This document shows positions 1 to 9,015 of a DNA stretch of 64,000 nucleotides, in pieces. The position numbers and the translations under genes were made by a program. Each line of letters begins with the position of its first letter. Positions within the stretch are counted from its first letter, which is position 1. The notes beneath the pieces are model-generated. The model did no database searches. It had not been told where the DNA came from and saw only the letters and a list, made by a program, of their open reading frames with translations. Origin of the DNA: a bacterium (GTDB lineage: Bacteria; Patescibacteriota; SICC01); contig JAUYKS010000022.1 in NCBI GenBank assembly GCA_030699935.1, forward strand, positions 18,970 to 82,969, in the 5' to 3' direction.

Positions 1-874
1 CGCCGGAGTCGACGGTATTCTCACCGTAATACTGCGCCAGTTGCTGCTTCACGAAGAAGACGAAGTGCGGCGCGTCGAAGACCTGCTCCTCCTGGGTGTA
101 GGCTAGCTTCTGGGCGTAGGCCTCCTTCGCCTGCGGAGCGCTGATGTAGCCGAGGTCCTGCATCCGGTCCAGCACGTACTTCTGGCGCTGTTTGGCCAGG
201 TCCGCCCGGCCGCCAAGTGGCGAATAGACCGACGGGGCGCTCGGCAGCCCTGCCAGCATCGCGGACTCGCCGAGAGTCAGTTCCTTCACGTCCTTGCCGA
301 AGAACGTCCGGGCCGCGTCGCCGATCCCGTAGCTCTGCTGACCGTAGTAGACCTCGTTGAGGTACCGCTCGAGGATCTCGTCCTTGCTGAACCGATTCTC
401 GAGGATGATCGCGTAGGTCATCTCGCGGAGCTTGCGGCTGGCGGTGCGTTCCGGCGAGAGATACGTGTTCTTGATCAGCTGCTGGGTGATCGTCGATCCG
501 CCCTGCGGTTCCTTGGAGACGTAGGTCTTGTAGAGGGCGCGGCCGAGCGAGTTCGGGTCGATGCCGCGGTGCTCGTAGAAGTCGGCGTCCTCGGAGGCCA
601 GCGTCGCCAGGACCACGCTGCGCGGGACTTCGGAGAGTTTCAGAGGCACCGGCTGGTGGGCGCCGGCGGTCTCGTACAGCTTCTGGCCATGCCGATCGTA
701 GAAGACGGTCTGGGTCGGATGGAAGTTCTCCTTGGTCGGGAGCTTGAACAGCGGCCCGACTGCGTCCGCCAGGCCGGCGAAGGTCAGGATCGGCACCAGG
801 ACGCACATCCCGACGAACGCCAGGATCAGCCAAGCCCGGCCGGTCTTCTTATGGTACGAGACGACTTTGCGCAT
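1..874 (-). CDS. Class A penicillin-binding protein, N-terminal transglycosylase (GT51) domain. The gene is partial: it starts at 874 and runs off the left edge of the window.
   Basis: Reverse-strand translation starts MRKVVSYHKKTGRAWLILAFVGMCVLV (an N-terminal TM anchor). It continues with GT51 motifs: EDADFYEHRGID, GGSTITQQLIKN and RKLREMTYAIILE. No stop codon is reached before position 1. The listed ORF 21..833(-) is a wrong-frame artefact of this gene. Confidence 0.85.
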   Translation of the reverse strand, partial: MRKVVSYHKKTGRAWLILAFVGMCVLVPILTFAGLADAVGPLFKLPTKENFHPTQTVFYDRHGQKLYETAGAHQPVPLKLSEVPRSVVLATLASEDADFYEHRGIDPNSLGRALYKTYVSKEPQGGSTITQQLIKNTYLSPERTASRKLREMTYAIILENRFSKDEILERYLNEVYYGQQSYGIGDAARTFFGKDVKELTLGESAMLAGLPSAPSVYSPLGGRADLAKQRQKYVLDRMQDLGYISAPQAKEAYAQKLAYTQEEQVFDAPHFVFFVKQQLAQYYGENTVDSG

Positions 875-926
875 ACCCGATTATCATACCCGGAACCATC
901 GGGAGATTACTTGTCTTATTGCCTGT

Positions 927-3257
927 TCACGCCGCGGCTTCCACCGGCTCGCCGGTCCAGCCGCACTCGGTGCAAGTCGGGATATGGTCCCGGCCCTTGA
1001 TCACGACCAGCTTGCCGCATTCCTTGCACGGTTCCTTGAGCGGCTTCTGGCCGACCAGGAATTTGCAGTCCGGGTACTTGGTGCAGCCGTAGAACGTCCG
1101 ACCTTGCTTGGACTTTCGTTCGGCCAGCTCGCCCTTGCCGCACTCCGGGCACTGCACACCGGTCGACTTCACGAACGGCTTGGTGCCCTTGCAGTCCGGG
1201 TACTTGGTGCAGCCGAAGAAGACGCCGAACCGGCCGCGCTTGACGGTCATCGGCGATCCGCACTTGTCGCACTTCTCGCCCTTGGCCTGCTCCTCGGCTT
1301 CCTTCGTCTCGGCCTGCTCCTCCTCGAGGGGCGCCGTGAACTTGCACTCCGGATACCGGCTGCAGGCGTAGAATTGCCCGCCGAACCGCGAGAGTTTCTT
1401 CATCAGATGCCCGCCATGCGCCTCGCCGCACTCCGGGCACGGCTTGTCCGTCTTCTCGTGGGCGACGTCGTCTTTCTTGAGCTCCTTGTCCTTCTTGTCG
1501 ACGAGTGCCTTGAACGGGCCCCACCACTGCTTGAGTAGCGGCTCGCGGGCCTCCTTGCCCTCGGCGACCTCGTCGAGCTCGTTCTCCAGTTCGGATGTGA
1601 ACTGGTAGTCAACGTACTTGGAGAAGTGGTTGGTGAGCAGGTCGCTGACGATCATGCCGACCGCTTCCGGGAAGAATCGGCGCTGGTCGACCCGCGCGTA
1701 CTTCCGGTCCTGCAGCGTCGAGATGATGCTGGCGTAGGTGGACGGTCGCCCGATGCCGTATTCCTCGAGCGTCTTCACCAGCGTCGCCTCGGTGAAGCGC
1801 GGCGGCGGTTGGGTCTCGTGCCGTTCGCTGCCGGCCTTGAGCAGTTCCAGCGGATCGCCTTCGGCCAGCGCCGGAAGCAGGTTGTCACCGGATGGGTCGG
1901 CGGAGGCGCCGTTCGCGCCGCTGCCGTTGCCATTGCTGTCGTCGGTCCCTTCTAGGTACAGCTTGATGAATCCCGGGAACTTCACCTGCGATCCGGTCGC
2001 CTTGAGAATCGCCTCGCCGTCTCGGCCCGCCTTGATCCGGGCGGCGGTCTGCAGGAAGATCGCTTCCTCCATTTGCGAGGCCATCGCCCGCTTGTAGATC
2101 AGGCTGTAGAGCTTGAGCTGGTCGGTCGTCAGTTTCGCCTTCAGTCCGTCCGGGGTCCGCGTGAAGCTGGTCGGCCGGATCGCCTCGTGCGCTTCCTGAG
2201 CGCCCTTCGACTTCACCTTGTAACGGCGCGGCTCCGGCGGCAGGTACTCCTCGCCGTAACTGTCCTCGATCACTTTCCGCGCCTCCGCCAGCGCGCTATT
2301 CGCCATGTTCACCGAGTCGGTTCGCATGTAGGTGATCAGACCGGTGCGGTCACCGCCGCCCGTGTCGATGCCTTCGTAGAGCTGCTGGGCGGTGCGCATC
2401 GTGCGCCGGGCCGCGAAGCCGAGCTTGCGCGAGGCCTCCTGCTGGAGCGTCGAGGTCGTGAACGGCGGCGCCGGGCGGCGCTTCCGTTCCTTCTCCTCGA
2501 CCGACTCGACGACGACCGGATGTTGAGGCAGCTGCTCGGCCAGCTCCTTCGCCCGCTCGTCGGTCAGGTCGAACTGCTTGAGTTTTTCGCCGCGGTCCTC
2601 GGCCAGCTGCGCCCCGAACGTCGCCAGCTTCTCGTCCGATTCCTTCGGCTGCTTGAGCTCGACGTCCAGCGTCCAGTACGGCTTCGGCTTGAACGCATCG
2701 ATCTCCCGCTCGCGCTCGACGATCAGCCGCAGCGCCACGGACTGCACGCGCCCCGCGGAAAGTCCGTAGCGGATCTTCCGCCAGAGCAGCGGCGACAGCG
2801 TGAACCCATACAGATAGTCGAGACTCTGGCGCGCTTCCTGCGCGGACACGAGTTGACGGTCGATCTGGCGCGGCTCCTTGATCGCGTCTTGGATCGCGCC
2901 CTTGGTGATCTCGTCGAAGGTGATCCGCCCGACCTCCTTGGCCTTGAGATCCTTGCCAATCAGTTCGGTAAGGTGCCAGGCGATCGACTCCCCTTCGCGG
3001 TCAAGGTCGGTGGCGAGCAGGAGCGCGTCGGAATCCTTGAGCGCCTTCTTGATCGCGGCGACGTGCTTCTTGCTGTCCGGAATCGGCTCGTATTTCGGCT
3101 CGAAGTCGTTATCGACGTCGACGCTGCCGTCCTTGCGCGGGAGTTGGCGGACGTGCCCGTAACTGGCCAGGACTTTATAGCCCGGACCGAGATAGCGCTC
3201 GATGGTGCGAGCTTTGGCCGGCGACTCGACGATGACTAGTGTTTTCGTATTCGGCAT
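927..3257 (-). CDS. topA: DNA topoisomerase I with a C-terminal zinc-ribbon array
   Basis: 776 aa. The N-terminus has a TOPRIM domain (VIVESPAKARTIERYLG). The active-site region reads LITYMRTDS. The C-terminus carries multiple Cys4 zinc ribbons (CPECG...CSRYPEC, CDKCGSPM..., CPECGKG...). Confidence 0.95.
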   Translation of the reverse strand: MPNTKTLVIVESPAKARTIERYLGPGYKVLASYGHVRQLPRKDGSVDVDNDFEPKYEPIPDSKKHVAAIKKALKDSDALLLATDLDREGESIAWHLTELIGKDLKAKEVGRITFDEITKGAIQDAIKEPRQIDRQLVSAQEARQSLDYLYGFTLSPLLWRKIRYGLSAGRVQSVALRLIVEREREIDAFKPKPYWTLDVELKQPKESDEKLATFGAQLAEDRGEKLKQFDLTDERAKELAEQLPQHPVVVESVEEKERKRRPAPPFTTSTLQQEASRKLGFAARRTMRTAQQLYEGIDTGGGDRTGLITYMRTDSVNMANSALAEARKVIEDSYGEEYLPPEPRRYKVKSKGAQEAHEAIRPTSFTRTPDGLKAKLTTDQLKLYSLIYKRAMASQMEEAIFLQTAARIKAGRDGEAILKATGSQVKFPGFIKLYLEGTDDSNGNGSGANGASADPSGDNLLPALAEGDPLELLKAGSERHETQPPPRFTEATLVKTLEEYGIGRPSTYASIISTLQDRKYARVDQRRFFPEAVGMIVSDLLTNHFSKYVDYQFTSELENELDEVAEGKEAREPLLKQWWGPFKALVDKKDKELKKDDVAHEKTDKPCPECGEAHGGHLMKKLSRFGGQFYACSRYPECKFTAPLEEEQAETKEAEEQAKGEKCDKCGSPMTVKRGRFGVFFGCTKYPDCKGTKPFVKSTGVQCPECGKGELAERKSKQGRTFYGCTKYPDCKFLVGQKPLKEPCKECGKLVVIKGRDHIPTCTECGWTGEPVEAAA

Positions 3258-3346
3258 ACGTTGCCTAGGTATACGCTACCGGACGCTGGTTTGTCCAGTA
3301 GGGCGCCAGGCTACCAACATACCAGCAAGCTAGTATACTATTCAAG

Positions 3347-4048
3347 CTATACGACAGACCTGCGAATGCTAGACGAGACGGGTTCGCTATATTGCTCTGC
3401 GAATCGAGCGGCTAGTTTTGCACGAGCTTCGTCACCTGCCGCGGCAAAATCCAGTTCCTCTGGATACAGCACGGTCACGGAAACGACGGATACATCCCCA
3501 AGCGATAGCTCTAAGCGATCGGGTACTGTTTTTGATTTGACTCCAACCAGCGCACCAGATTGGCCCTCGGCGTACTTATAACCAACCGGGGTCCGCACTC
3601 CCCGCTGATCCATGGAGATAAGTGTGAGTTCGTCAAGAAGTTGCCGGAAATCACCGCGATGAGCAGCCTGTTCAGCAACGATACTGAGAGAATCAAATAC
3701 CCAGCTTCGAAAAGGGTTCTCGAAGTCTTCGTCCGTTTCAATATAAAACTCAAGACCAAATCCACTTCCTTCTGTCTTCAATGGGTGTGTGGTCGAAAAA
3801 GGATCGCTCAACCCATCCGTTGCTATGACAGTATTGCCATTAGGTAGCTTTATTTTTCGATATGCTTGTCTCAGATTTGGCCATTCGGGACCTCCTGCGA
3901 GAGTCGGGTTGAGGGCCGGAGCAAAATAATCCGGATCGACATCCCCGACGCCCTGCCAAAATTCAGTACGCAAACGGAAAGATTCCTGGAGTATTTTCTC
4001 CTCGTCGGACGGGACGGGGTCATTTCGATCATTCGGACTATCAATCAT
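3347..4048 (-). CDS. Hypothetical protein in a lower-GC segment, transcribed divergently from lexA
   Basis: 233-aa ORF. The roughly 50% GC island (3260-4250) contrasts with the roughly 65% GC of flanking genes. No family is recognisable with confidence (possibly a SUFU/immunity-like fold). It shares its promoter region with the lexA palindrome. Confidence 0.5.
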   Translation of the reverse strand: MIDSPNDRNDPVPSDEEKILQESFRLRTEFWQGVGDVDPDYFAPALNPTLAGGPEWPNLRQAYRKIKLPNGNTVIATDGLSDPFSTTHPLKTEGSGFGLEFYIETDEDFENPFRSWVFDSLSIVAEQAAHRGDFRQLLDELTLISMDQRGVRTPVGYKYAEGQSGALVGVKSKTVPDRLELSLGDVSVVSVTVLYPEELDFAAAGDEARAKLAARFAEQYSEPVSSSIRRSVV

Positions 4049-4102
4049 AGTGAGACATCATATTCAATAAAATTGCCTTAGTCAAGGACTTTTTTGTTCT
4101 GT

Positions 4103-4130
4103 TGACAACGTGTATACATATGTATACTAT
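4103..4130 (+). promoter_or_regulatory. lexA promoter with a candidate LexA operator: -35 TTGACA at 4103-4108, a perfect 16-bp palindrome GTATACATATGTATAC at 4112-4127, and a -10-like TACTAT at 4125-4130.
   Basis: The palindrome was verified by reverse complement and overlaps the spacer and -10, the classic geometry for LexA autoregulation. Its ACATATGT core is identical to the centre of the Gram-positive Cheo box CGAACATATGTTCG. Confidence 0.55.
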
Positions 4131-4251
4131 CTAACTGCGCTCCCTCCTCCGAGCACCTTGGCAGTCAAAAAAGACACAAACGGCTCCCCTGCCGGCCAGG
4201 GTGCTCGGCGCGCTCCCTCCTCATCATTAGAACTACAACTACATACTCATC

Positions 4252-4884
4252 ATGAGCAACGAAGCACTTTCCCCGCGGCAGAAACAGACGTTCGACATCA
4301 TCCAGAAGCACATCAAGGACCAGGGCCTGCCGCCGACGATCCGCGAGATCATGGCGGCGCTGAAGGTGAACTACCCGCGCGGCGTGCAGCGTCACCTTGA
4401 GGCACTTGAGAAGAAAGGCTACATCACCCGCGACTCCCGCAGTCGCGGCATCACGATCGCGGATAAGTTCCGCCAGGTAGCCGCGGACGTTTCCGACGCC
4501 ATCGCGCGCATTCCGATCCTCGGCCGGATCCCGGCTGGCGGGCCGATGCTGGCCGAAGAGAACATCGAGGAGTGGGTGACTCTCCCGACCGACCTTACCA
4601 AGGGCAAGCGGGACGTATTCATCCTGCGAGCCCAGGGCGACTCGATGATCGGCGCCGGCATCTTCGACGGCGACCTGCTGATCTGCCAGCCGACGGACCA
4701 CGCCGAGAACGGCGACATCGTGGCCGCGTTGATCGGCGACGACGCTACGGTAAAGCGGCTGGTCAAACGGCGCGACGCGACCTACCTGCAGCCGGAGAAC
4801 CCCAAGTACGAGAACATCTACCCGGACCAGGATTGGAAAGTGCAAGGCAAGGTAATGGCGGTCGTCCGCCAACAGGTCCGCTGA
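4252..4884 (+). CDS. lexA: LexA repressor (S24 peptidase)
   Basis: 210 aa. The N-terminus is a winged HTH (PTIREIMAALKV...HLEALEKKGYI). The C-terminus is the S24 domain with the autocleavage region and catalytic Ser-Lys (AQGDSMIGAGI...TVKRL). Confidence 0.95.
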   Translation: MSNEALSPRQKQTFDIIQKHIKDQGLPPTIREIMAALKVNYPRGVQRHLEALEKKGYITRDSRSRGITIADKFRQVAADVSDAIARIPILGRIPAGGPMLAEENIEEWVTLPTDLTKGKRDVFILRAQGDSMIGAGIFDGDLLICQPTDHAENGDIVAALIGDDATVKRLVKRRDATYLQPENPKYENIYPDQDWKVQGKVMAVVRQQVR

Positions 4885-4885
4885 G

Positions 4886-5083
4886 ATGATGCGATCGCAC
4901 ACTCCCCTGCCCGTCCCGATCGACGAACGTGCCGCCCTCGTCGCCAGGCGAAGCCGAAGCCTCGGCGTAGGCGAGCAACGTCCGGCGTATCGCGGCCCGG
5001 CGCGCGAACTCGACACCACCTTGTGGGCGGGCGTGCTGTTCTGGCTGGGCTTCGCGATGCTTGCGGTCGTCGCCGGCTTCTAG
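4886..5083 (+). CDS. Small 65-aa protein with a C-terminal transmembrane helix, translationally coupled to lexA
   Basis: Its ATGATG start lies 1 nt after the lexA TGA stop. GC3 is about 80%, consistent with coding. The C-terminus LWAGVLFWLGFAMLAVVAGF is a predicted TM helix. It ends exactly where the convergent dprA ends. Confidence 0.4.
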   Translation: MMRSHTPLPVPIDERAALVARRSRSLGVGEQRPAYRGPARELDTTLWAGVLFWLGFAMLAVVAGF

Positions 5084-5920
5084 TCAAACGAGCACGTAGT
5101 GCCGGTCACCGACGTCCCGCACCACGCCGGTCAGTTCCAATTTGACGAGTTCCGCTTCCACCTCGGCGGCGGGTTTGCCCGATTTTGAGACGAGCTCATC
5201 GAAATGCACGGCCGTATCGGAAAGCAGACCGATCATGCCCGGCCTCCCTGTTGCCGGACCTTCGGTGCCGTAGCGGTTCAGAAACCCGTCAATGAACCAG
5301 TCGATGGAAACGAGCGGATGGGCAAGCTGGTCGATCAGCCAGTTCGTACCCAGGCTCTGCTCCGAGTCAATCGGTCCGGGAACCGCCCAGACGTCGCGGC
5401 TCTGATCACCAGCGTGACGAGCGGTAATCAATGTGCCCGACGGACGGCTAGCCTCGACGACCACGACCACATCCGCCAGGCCGGAAATCATACGGTTCCG
5501 GGCTTCGTAGTGGTACTTCCGGACCGGAGTCCCCTCAGGGTACTCCGATAGCAGGGCGCCCCGGGACGCGATCCGCAGCGCCAACCGCCGGTTCGTTTGC
5601 GGCGAAAGGTCGTCATCGCCCAGTCCGTCCGGCAGGATCGCGACGCTACGGCCGCCCGCTTCGAGTGCAGCCGTATGTGCGATCGTGTCCACCCCGAAGG
5701 CCAGCCCGGAAACCACCGTCACCCCCGCAGCGCCGAGCCGGCCGGCGATCTGCGTGGCGATCCGGCGACCGTAAGCGGTCGGGCGGCGGCTGCCGACGAT
5801 CGCGACGGCAGCCGCGGTATCCGGCGGCAGGCTGCCCCTTATCCAAAGCTGATCGGGTGGACTCGGAATGTTCCGCAGCCGCTCCGGGATCGGCCGCAGC
5901 ACTCTAACGCTAGCTTGCAT
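5084..5920 (-). CDS. dprA: DNA processing protein DprA/Smf
   Basis: 278 aa. The Rossmann-like DprA core is present (IVGSRRPTAYGRRIA...VVSGLAFGVDTIAH...VVVVEASRPSGTLITA). The C-terminus has a winged-helix-like tail. Confidence 0.9.
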   Translation of the reverse strand: MQASVRVLRPIPERLRNIPSPPDQLWIRGSLPPDTAAAVAIVGSRRPTAYGRRIATQIAGRLGAAGVTVVSGLAFGVDTIAHTAALEAGGRSVAILPDGLGDDDLSPQTNRRLALRIASRGALLSEYPEGTPVRKYHYEARNRMISGLADVVVVVEASRPSGTLITARHAGDQSRDVWAVPGPIDSEQSLGTNWLIDQLAHPLVSIDWFIDGFLNRYGTEGPATGRPGMIGLLSDTAVHFDELVSKSGKPAAEVEAELVKLELTGVVRDVGDRHYVLV

Positions 5921-5952
5921 ACGTTCCAGTATACCAAGCTAGCTTGCTTAAT

Positions 5953-8900
5953 TCACGCGCTGGCGTTGGCGTCCGACGTTTTCGCAGCTTCCTGAGCATC
6001 CGTCGGGGCGGGTGCCTTGAGCTCTTCAACTAACTGCTCGACCGCACCAAGCATCTCGCCGACTTCGAGCGCCCGGCTGAGCCGGTTCACGGACACCTGC
6101 CATCCCAGCTCCTTGGCCTTGGCCACCTGCCAGTCCCGCGGCTGGTGCGCCAGTTCGGCGGCCACTACCTTGGCGCTCCGGTTGGTCCCCGGCAGCGACG
6201 TGTAGCGCAGCGCGATGATCCCCGCCTGCGCGCCGGACAGCCGGATCGCCTGCAGGCGGAACAGGTTATCGACTTCCTCGGGCCAGTTGCCGCCCAATTT
6301 CTGCTTCAGTCGTTCCGCCAGCTCGTCTAGTTCCGCCTGGCTGGCCGCGTTACTGACCGACTGGTAGACCTGGAGTCGCTCGGTCTCGTCCGCCATAACG
6401 TCGGGCGGGACCGAAGCCACCAGCGGCAGGTCGACCTCCGTCTCCAGGAAGCGTTCGCCGCTCTCCAGCTCCTCGACCGCGCGCGACAGCACCTTCGAAT
6501 ACAAAGTCAGGCCGATCGCCCGGACGTTGCCGGACTGTTCCTTGCCGATCACGTTCCCCGCCCCACGGAGCTCGAGGTCGGCCAAGGCGATCTGGAACCC
6601 CGCGCCGAGTTCCTTGGCCTCCTTGAGGCTGCGCAGCCGTTCCCGCGCGATCGCGGACAGCGAACCCGGCTTGTAGAAGAAGAAGGCGCGGCCCTGCCGG
6701 CTGCCCCGCCCGATCCGGCCGCGCAACTGGTAGCTTTGCGCCAGGCCGAGCGTCGAGACGTCGTCCACGATCATCGTGTTGGCGTTCGGCAGGTCCAGGC
6801 CGTTCTCGACGATCGTCGTACTGACCAGGATGTCGATCTCCCCCGCCGCGAACCGGGCCATCACGTCGGCCAGGCCCTCCTCGGTCATCTGGCCGTGGCC
6901 GAAGTCGATCTTCACGCCGGGGTGCCGGGCCTCCAGCTCCTTGCACGCCGCCTTGATCGTCGCGACGCGGTTATGCAGGAAGTACACCTGCCCGCCGCGG
7001 GACAGTTCCTCCTTGACCACTTTGTCGATCAATTGGGGGTTGTACTCGCCGATGGTGGTCTCCACGGCGCGGCGGCCGGATGGCGGGGTTTGGATCGTCG
7101 AGATCTCGCGGAGGCCGGACAGCGCCAGATTGAGCGTCCGCGGAATCGGCGTCGCCGACAGGCTCAGCACGTCGACCTGCGAGCGCAGTTTCTTGAGCTG
7201 CTCTTTGTGCCGCACCCCGAACCGCTGCTCCTCATCGATAACCAAAAGACCCAAGTCCTTGAACTGGACGTCGGGGCTGAGCAGGCGGTGCGTCCCGATC
7301 ACGATATCCACCTTCCCGTCGCTGAGGCCTTTGAGCGTCTGGCTCTGTTCGCGCTGACTCTTGAACCGCGACAGTCCGCCGAGCTTGAATCCGAACTCCT
7401 TGAGCCGCTTGCCGAAGGTCGCCAGGTGCTGCTCGGCCAGGATGGTCGTCGGCGCCAGGACGGCCACTTGCTTGCCGGAGGCGGCCGCCTTGGCCGCGGC
7501 CCGGACGGCCACCTCGGTCTTGCCGAAGCCGACGTCGCCGGAGACCAGCCGGTCCATCGGACGGTTGTCCTCCATGTCCGCGTAGACGTGGCTGATCGCC
7601 CGCTCCTGGTCTTCCGTCTCGTCGTAGTTGAATCCGGCCTGCAGGCGCTGTTCGACGTCCGGCTGCCCCGGGAAGGAGATTCCGGTGACGATCTCGCGGC
7701 GGGCGGAGACGGTCAGCAGCTCGCGGGCCAGCTTCTCGGCCGATTCCTTGACCTTGTCGCGGACGTGCTCCCAGCTTGCCGAGGACAGCCGCGTCAACGT
7801 CACTTCCTTCGGACCGACATAGAGGTCGACCTTGTCGGCTTCCGCTACCGGCACGTAGAGTTTGTCGCCCTTGGCGTACTCCAGGAATAGGTACTCGCGT
7901 TCTACCTCGCCGACCTTCCGCCGGACCAAACCGCGGAACTTACCGATGCCGTGGTCGCGATGGGTGATCAGCTGGCCCGGTTCGAGGCGCAGTCGGAGCT
8001 TGTCGGAATGGCGCTTCTTCGGTTTGGCGACCTGGTGGATGATCTCGGCCGGCGTGAAGACGATCCACTTCATCTCCGGAATCGCGATGCCTTCGGTGAT
8101 CGGTAGCCGTACGTCCTCGACGCCTTCCGGCAGCCCGGTCGGCGGGCTTTCCCAGCGGGCCAGGCCGACATGCCAGCCGTCATTCTGGTACCGCTTGATC
8201 GTGTCGTGCAGTTCGCCTCGGTTGTGCGACACGTCGGCGCGCCGCCACGGCAGCTGCACCACGGATTCCTCACGCTTGAACGAGAACGAGACCTGGGACA
8301 GACCCCGGAGGTCCTCCGCGGCGTCGAGCAGATACTCTTCGCCGGCGATGTAGGCGCCGGCCAGCTTGACGTAGTCCCGGAGCCGGGCCGCCCCTTTCGG
8401 ATCGGTGACGGACGCCGGGAACAGCCGGAGGCTCGGCAGGTCGATGGCGTGCGAAGACTCCTGGCGCTTGATCGACTCGATCGAATCGCCGAACCATTCC
8501 ATTTGGTGCGGGTACCGGTCGCCGACCCCCCATACCTTTACCGTGCCGCCGACGCGATGGAAGGTGCCGGTCCGGTCCAGGTCGGGATCGGGATCGTAGC
8601 CGGCGGTGACCAGGGCTTTGGCCATCTCATCCGGGCTGACATCCTGACCCTTGCTGTACGTCTTGGTCAGGGTGTCGTAACGGCGGACACCGACCAGCGG
8701 TACCGAGAGCAGGTCCGGCGGTACCAAGTGCAAGCCCGACTTGTTGCCGAGGATCTGCGCGACGCCGACGGCCACCTCCAGAGAATCGCCGGATACCTCG
8801 CGGGGCCACGGCACCGCGATCCCCGGCGCGAACAAGTGCTCGGAAGTGATCACCACGAACGGGCGGCCGGCCTTCCGGGCCAGCGCCAAGAGCAGGAACT

Positions 8901-9015
8901 CCCGGACGCCGCGGCTGGTATCCGAGATCCGGAGCTGACCCGCGTCCAGCCGTCGGGCGTACTCTTCGATCTCCGGCAGCTCGAGCGCCTTAGAGAAAAA
9001 ACTGCCGTTAGACAT
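5953..9015 (-). CDS. mfd: Transcription-repair coupling factor
   Basis: 1020 aa. It carries an RNAP-interaction/CarD-like region followed by a superfamily-2 helicase, with motifs GDVGFGKTEVA, DEEQRFGV and QLRGRIGRGS. Confidence 0.95.
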   Translation of the reverse strand: MSNGSFFSKALELPEIEEYARRLDAGQLRISDTSRGVREFLLLALARKAGRPFVVITSEHLFAPGIAVPWPREVSGDSLEVAVGVAQILGNKSGLHLVPPDLLSVPLVGVRRYDTLTKTYSKGQDVSPDEMAKALVTAGYDPDPDLDRTGTFHRVGGTVKVWGVGDRYPHQMEWFGDSIESIKRQESSHAIDLPSLRLFPASVTDPKGAARLRDYVKLAGAYIAGEEYLLDAAEDLRGLSQVSFSFKREESVVQLPWRRADVSHNRGELHDTIKRYQNDGWHVGLARWESPPTGLPEGVEDVRLPITEGIAIPEMKWIVFTPAEIIHQVAKPKKRHSDKLRLRLEPGQLITHRDHGIGKFRGLVRRKVGEVEREYLFLEYAKGDKLYVPVAEADKVDLYVGPKEVTLTRLSSASWEHVRDKVKESAEKLARELLTVSARREIVTGISFPGQPDVEQRLQAGFNYDETEDQERAISHVYADMEDNRPMDRLVSGDVGFGKTEVAVRAAAKAAASGKQVAVLAPTTILAEQHLATFGKRLKEFGFKLGGLSRFKSQREQSQTLKGLSDGKVDIVIGTHRLLSPDVQFKDLGLLVIDEEQRFGVRHKEQLKKLRSQVDVLSLSATPIPRTLNLALSGLREISTIQTPPSGRRAVETTIGEYNPQLIDKVVKEELSRGGQVYFLHNRVATIKAACKELEARHPGVKIDFGHGQMTEEGLADVMARFAAGEIDILVSTTIVENGLDLPNANTMIVDDVSTLGLAQSYQLRGRIGRGSRQGRAFFFYKPGSLSAIARERLRSLKEAKELGAGFQIALADLELRGAGNVIGKEQSGNVRAIGLTLYSKVLSRAVEELESGERFLETEVDLPLVASVPPDVMADETERLQVYQSVSNAASQAELDELAERLKQKLGGNWPEEVDNLFRLQAIRLSGAQAGIIALRYTSLPGTNRSAKVVAAELAHQPRDWQVAKAKELGWQVSVNRLSRALEVGEMLGAVEQLVEELKAPAPTDAQEAAKTSDANASA

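Noticed and set aside
21-833. 270-aa minus-strand ORF (MADPGVRRDV...)
   Set aside because: Arg/Pro/Gly-rich nonsense in the wrong frame. The same DNA in another minus-strand frame encodes a clean class A PBP transglycosylase domain.
6736-7890. Long plus-strand ORFs antisense to mfd (and similar ones antisense to der, topA, atpD and the helicase)
   Set aside because: Typical spurious antisense ORFs of high-GC genomes. The sense strand encodes highly conserved proteins.
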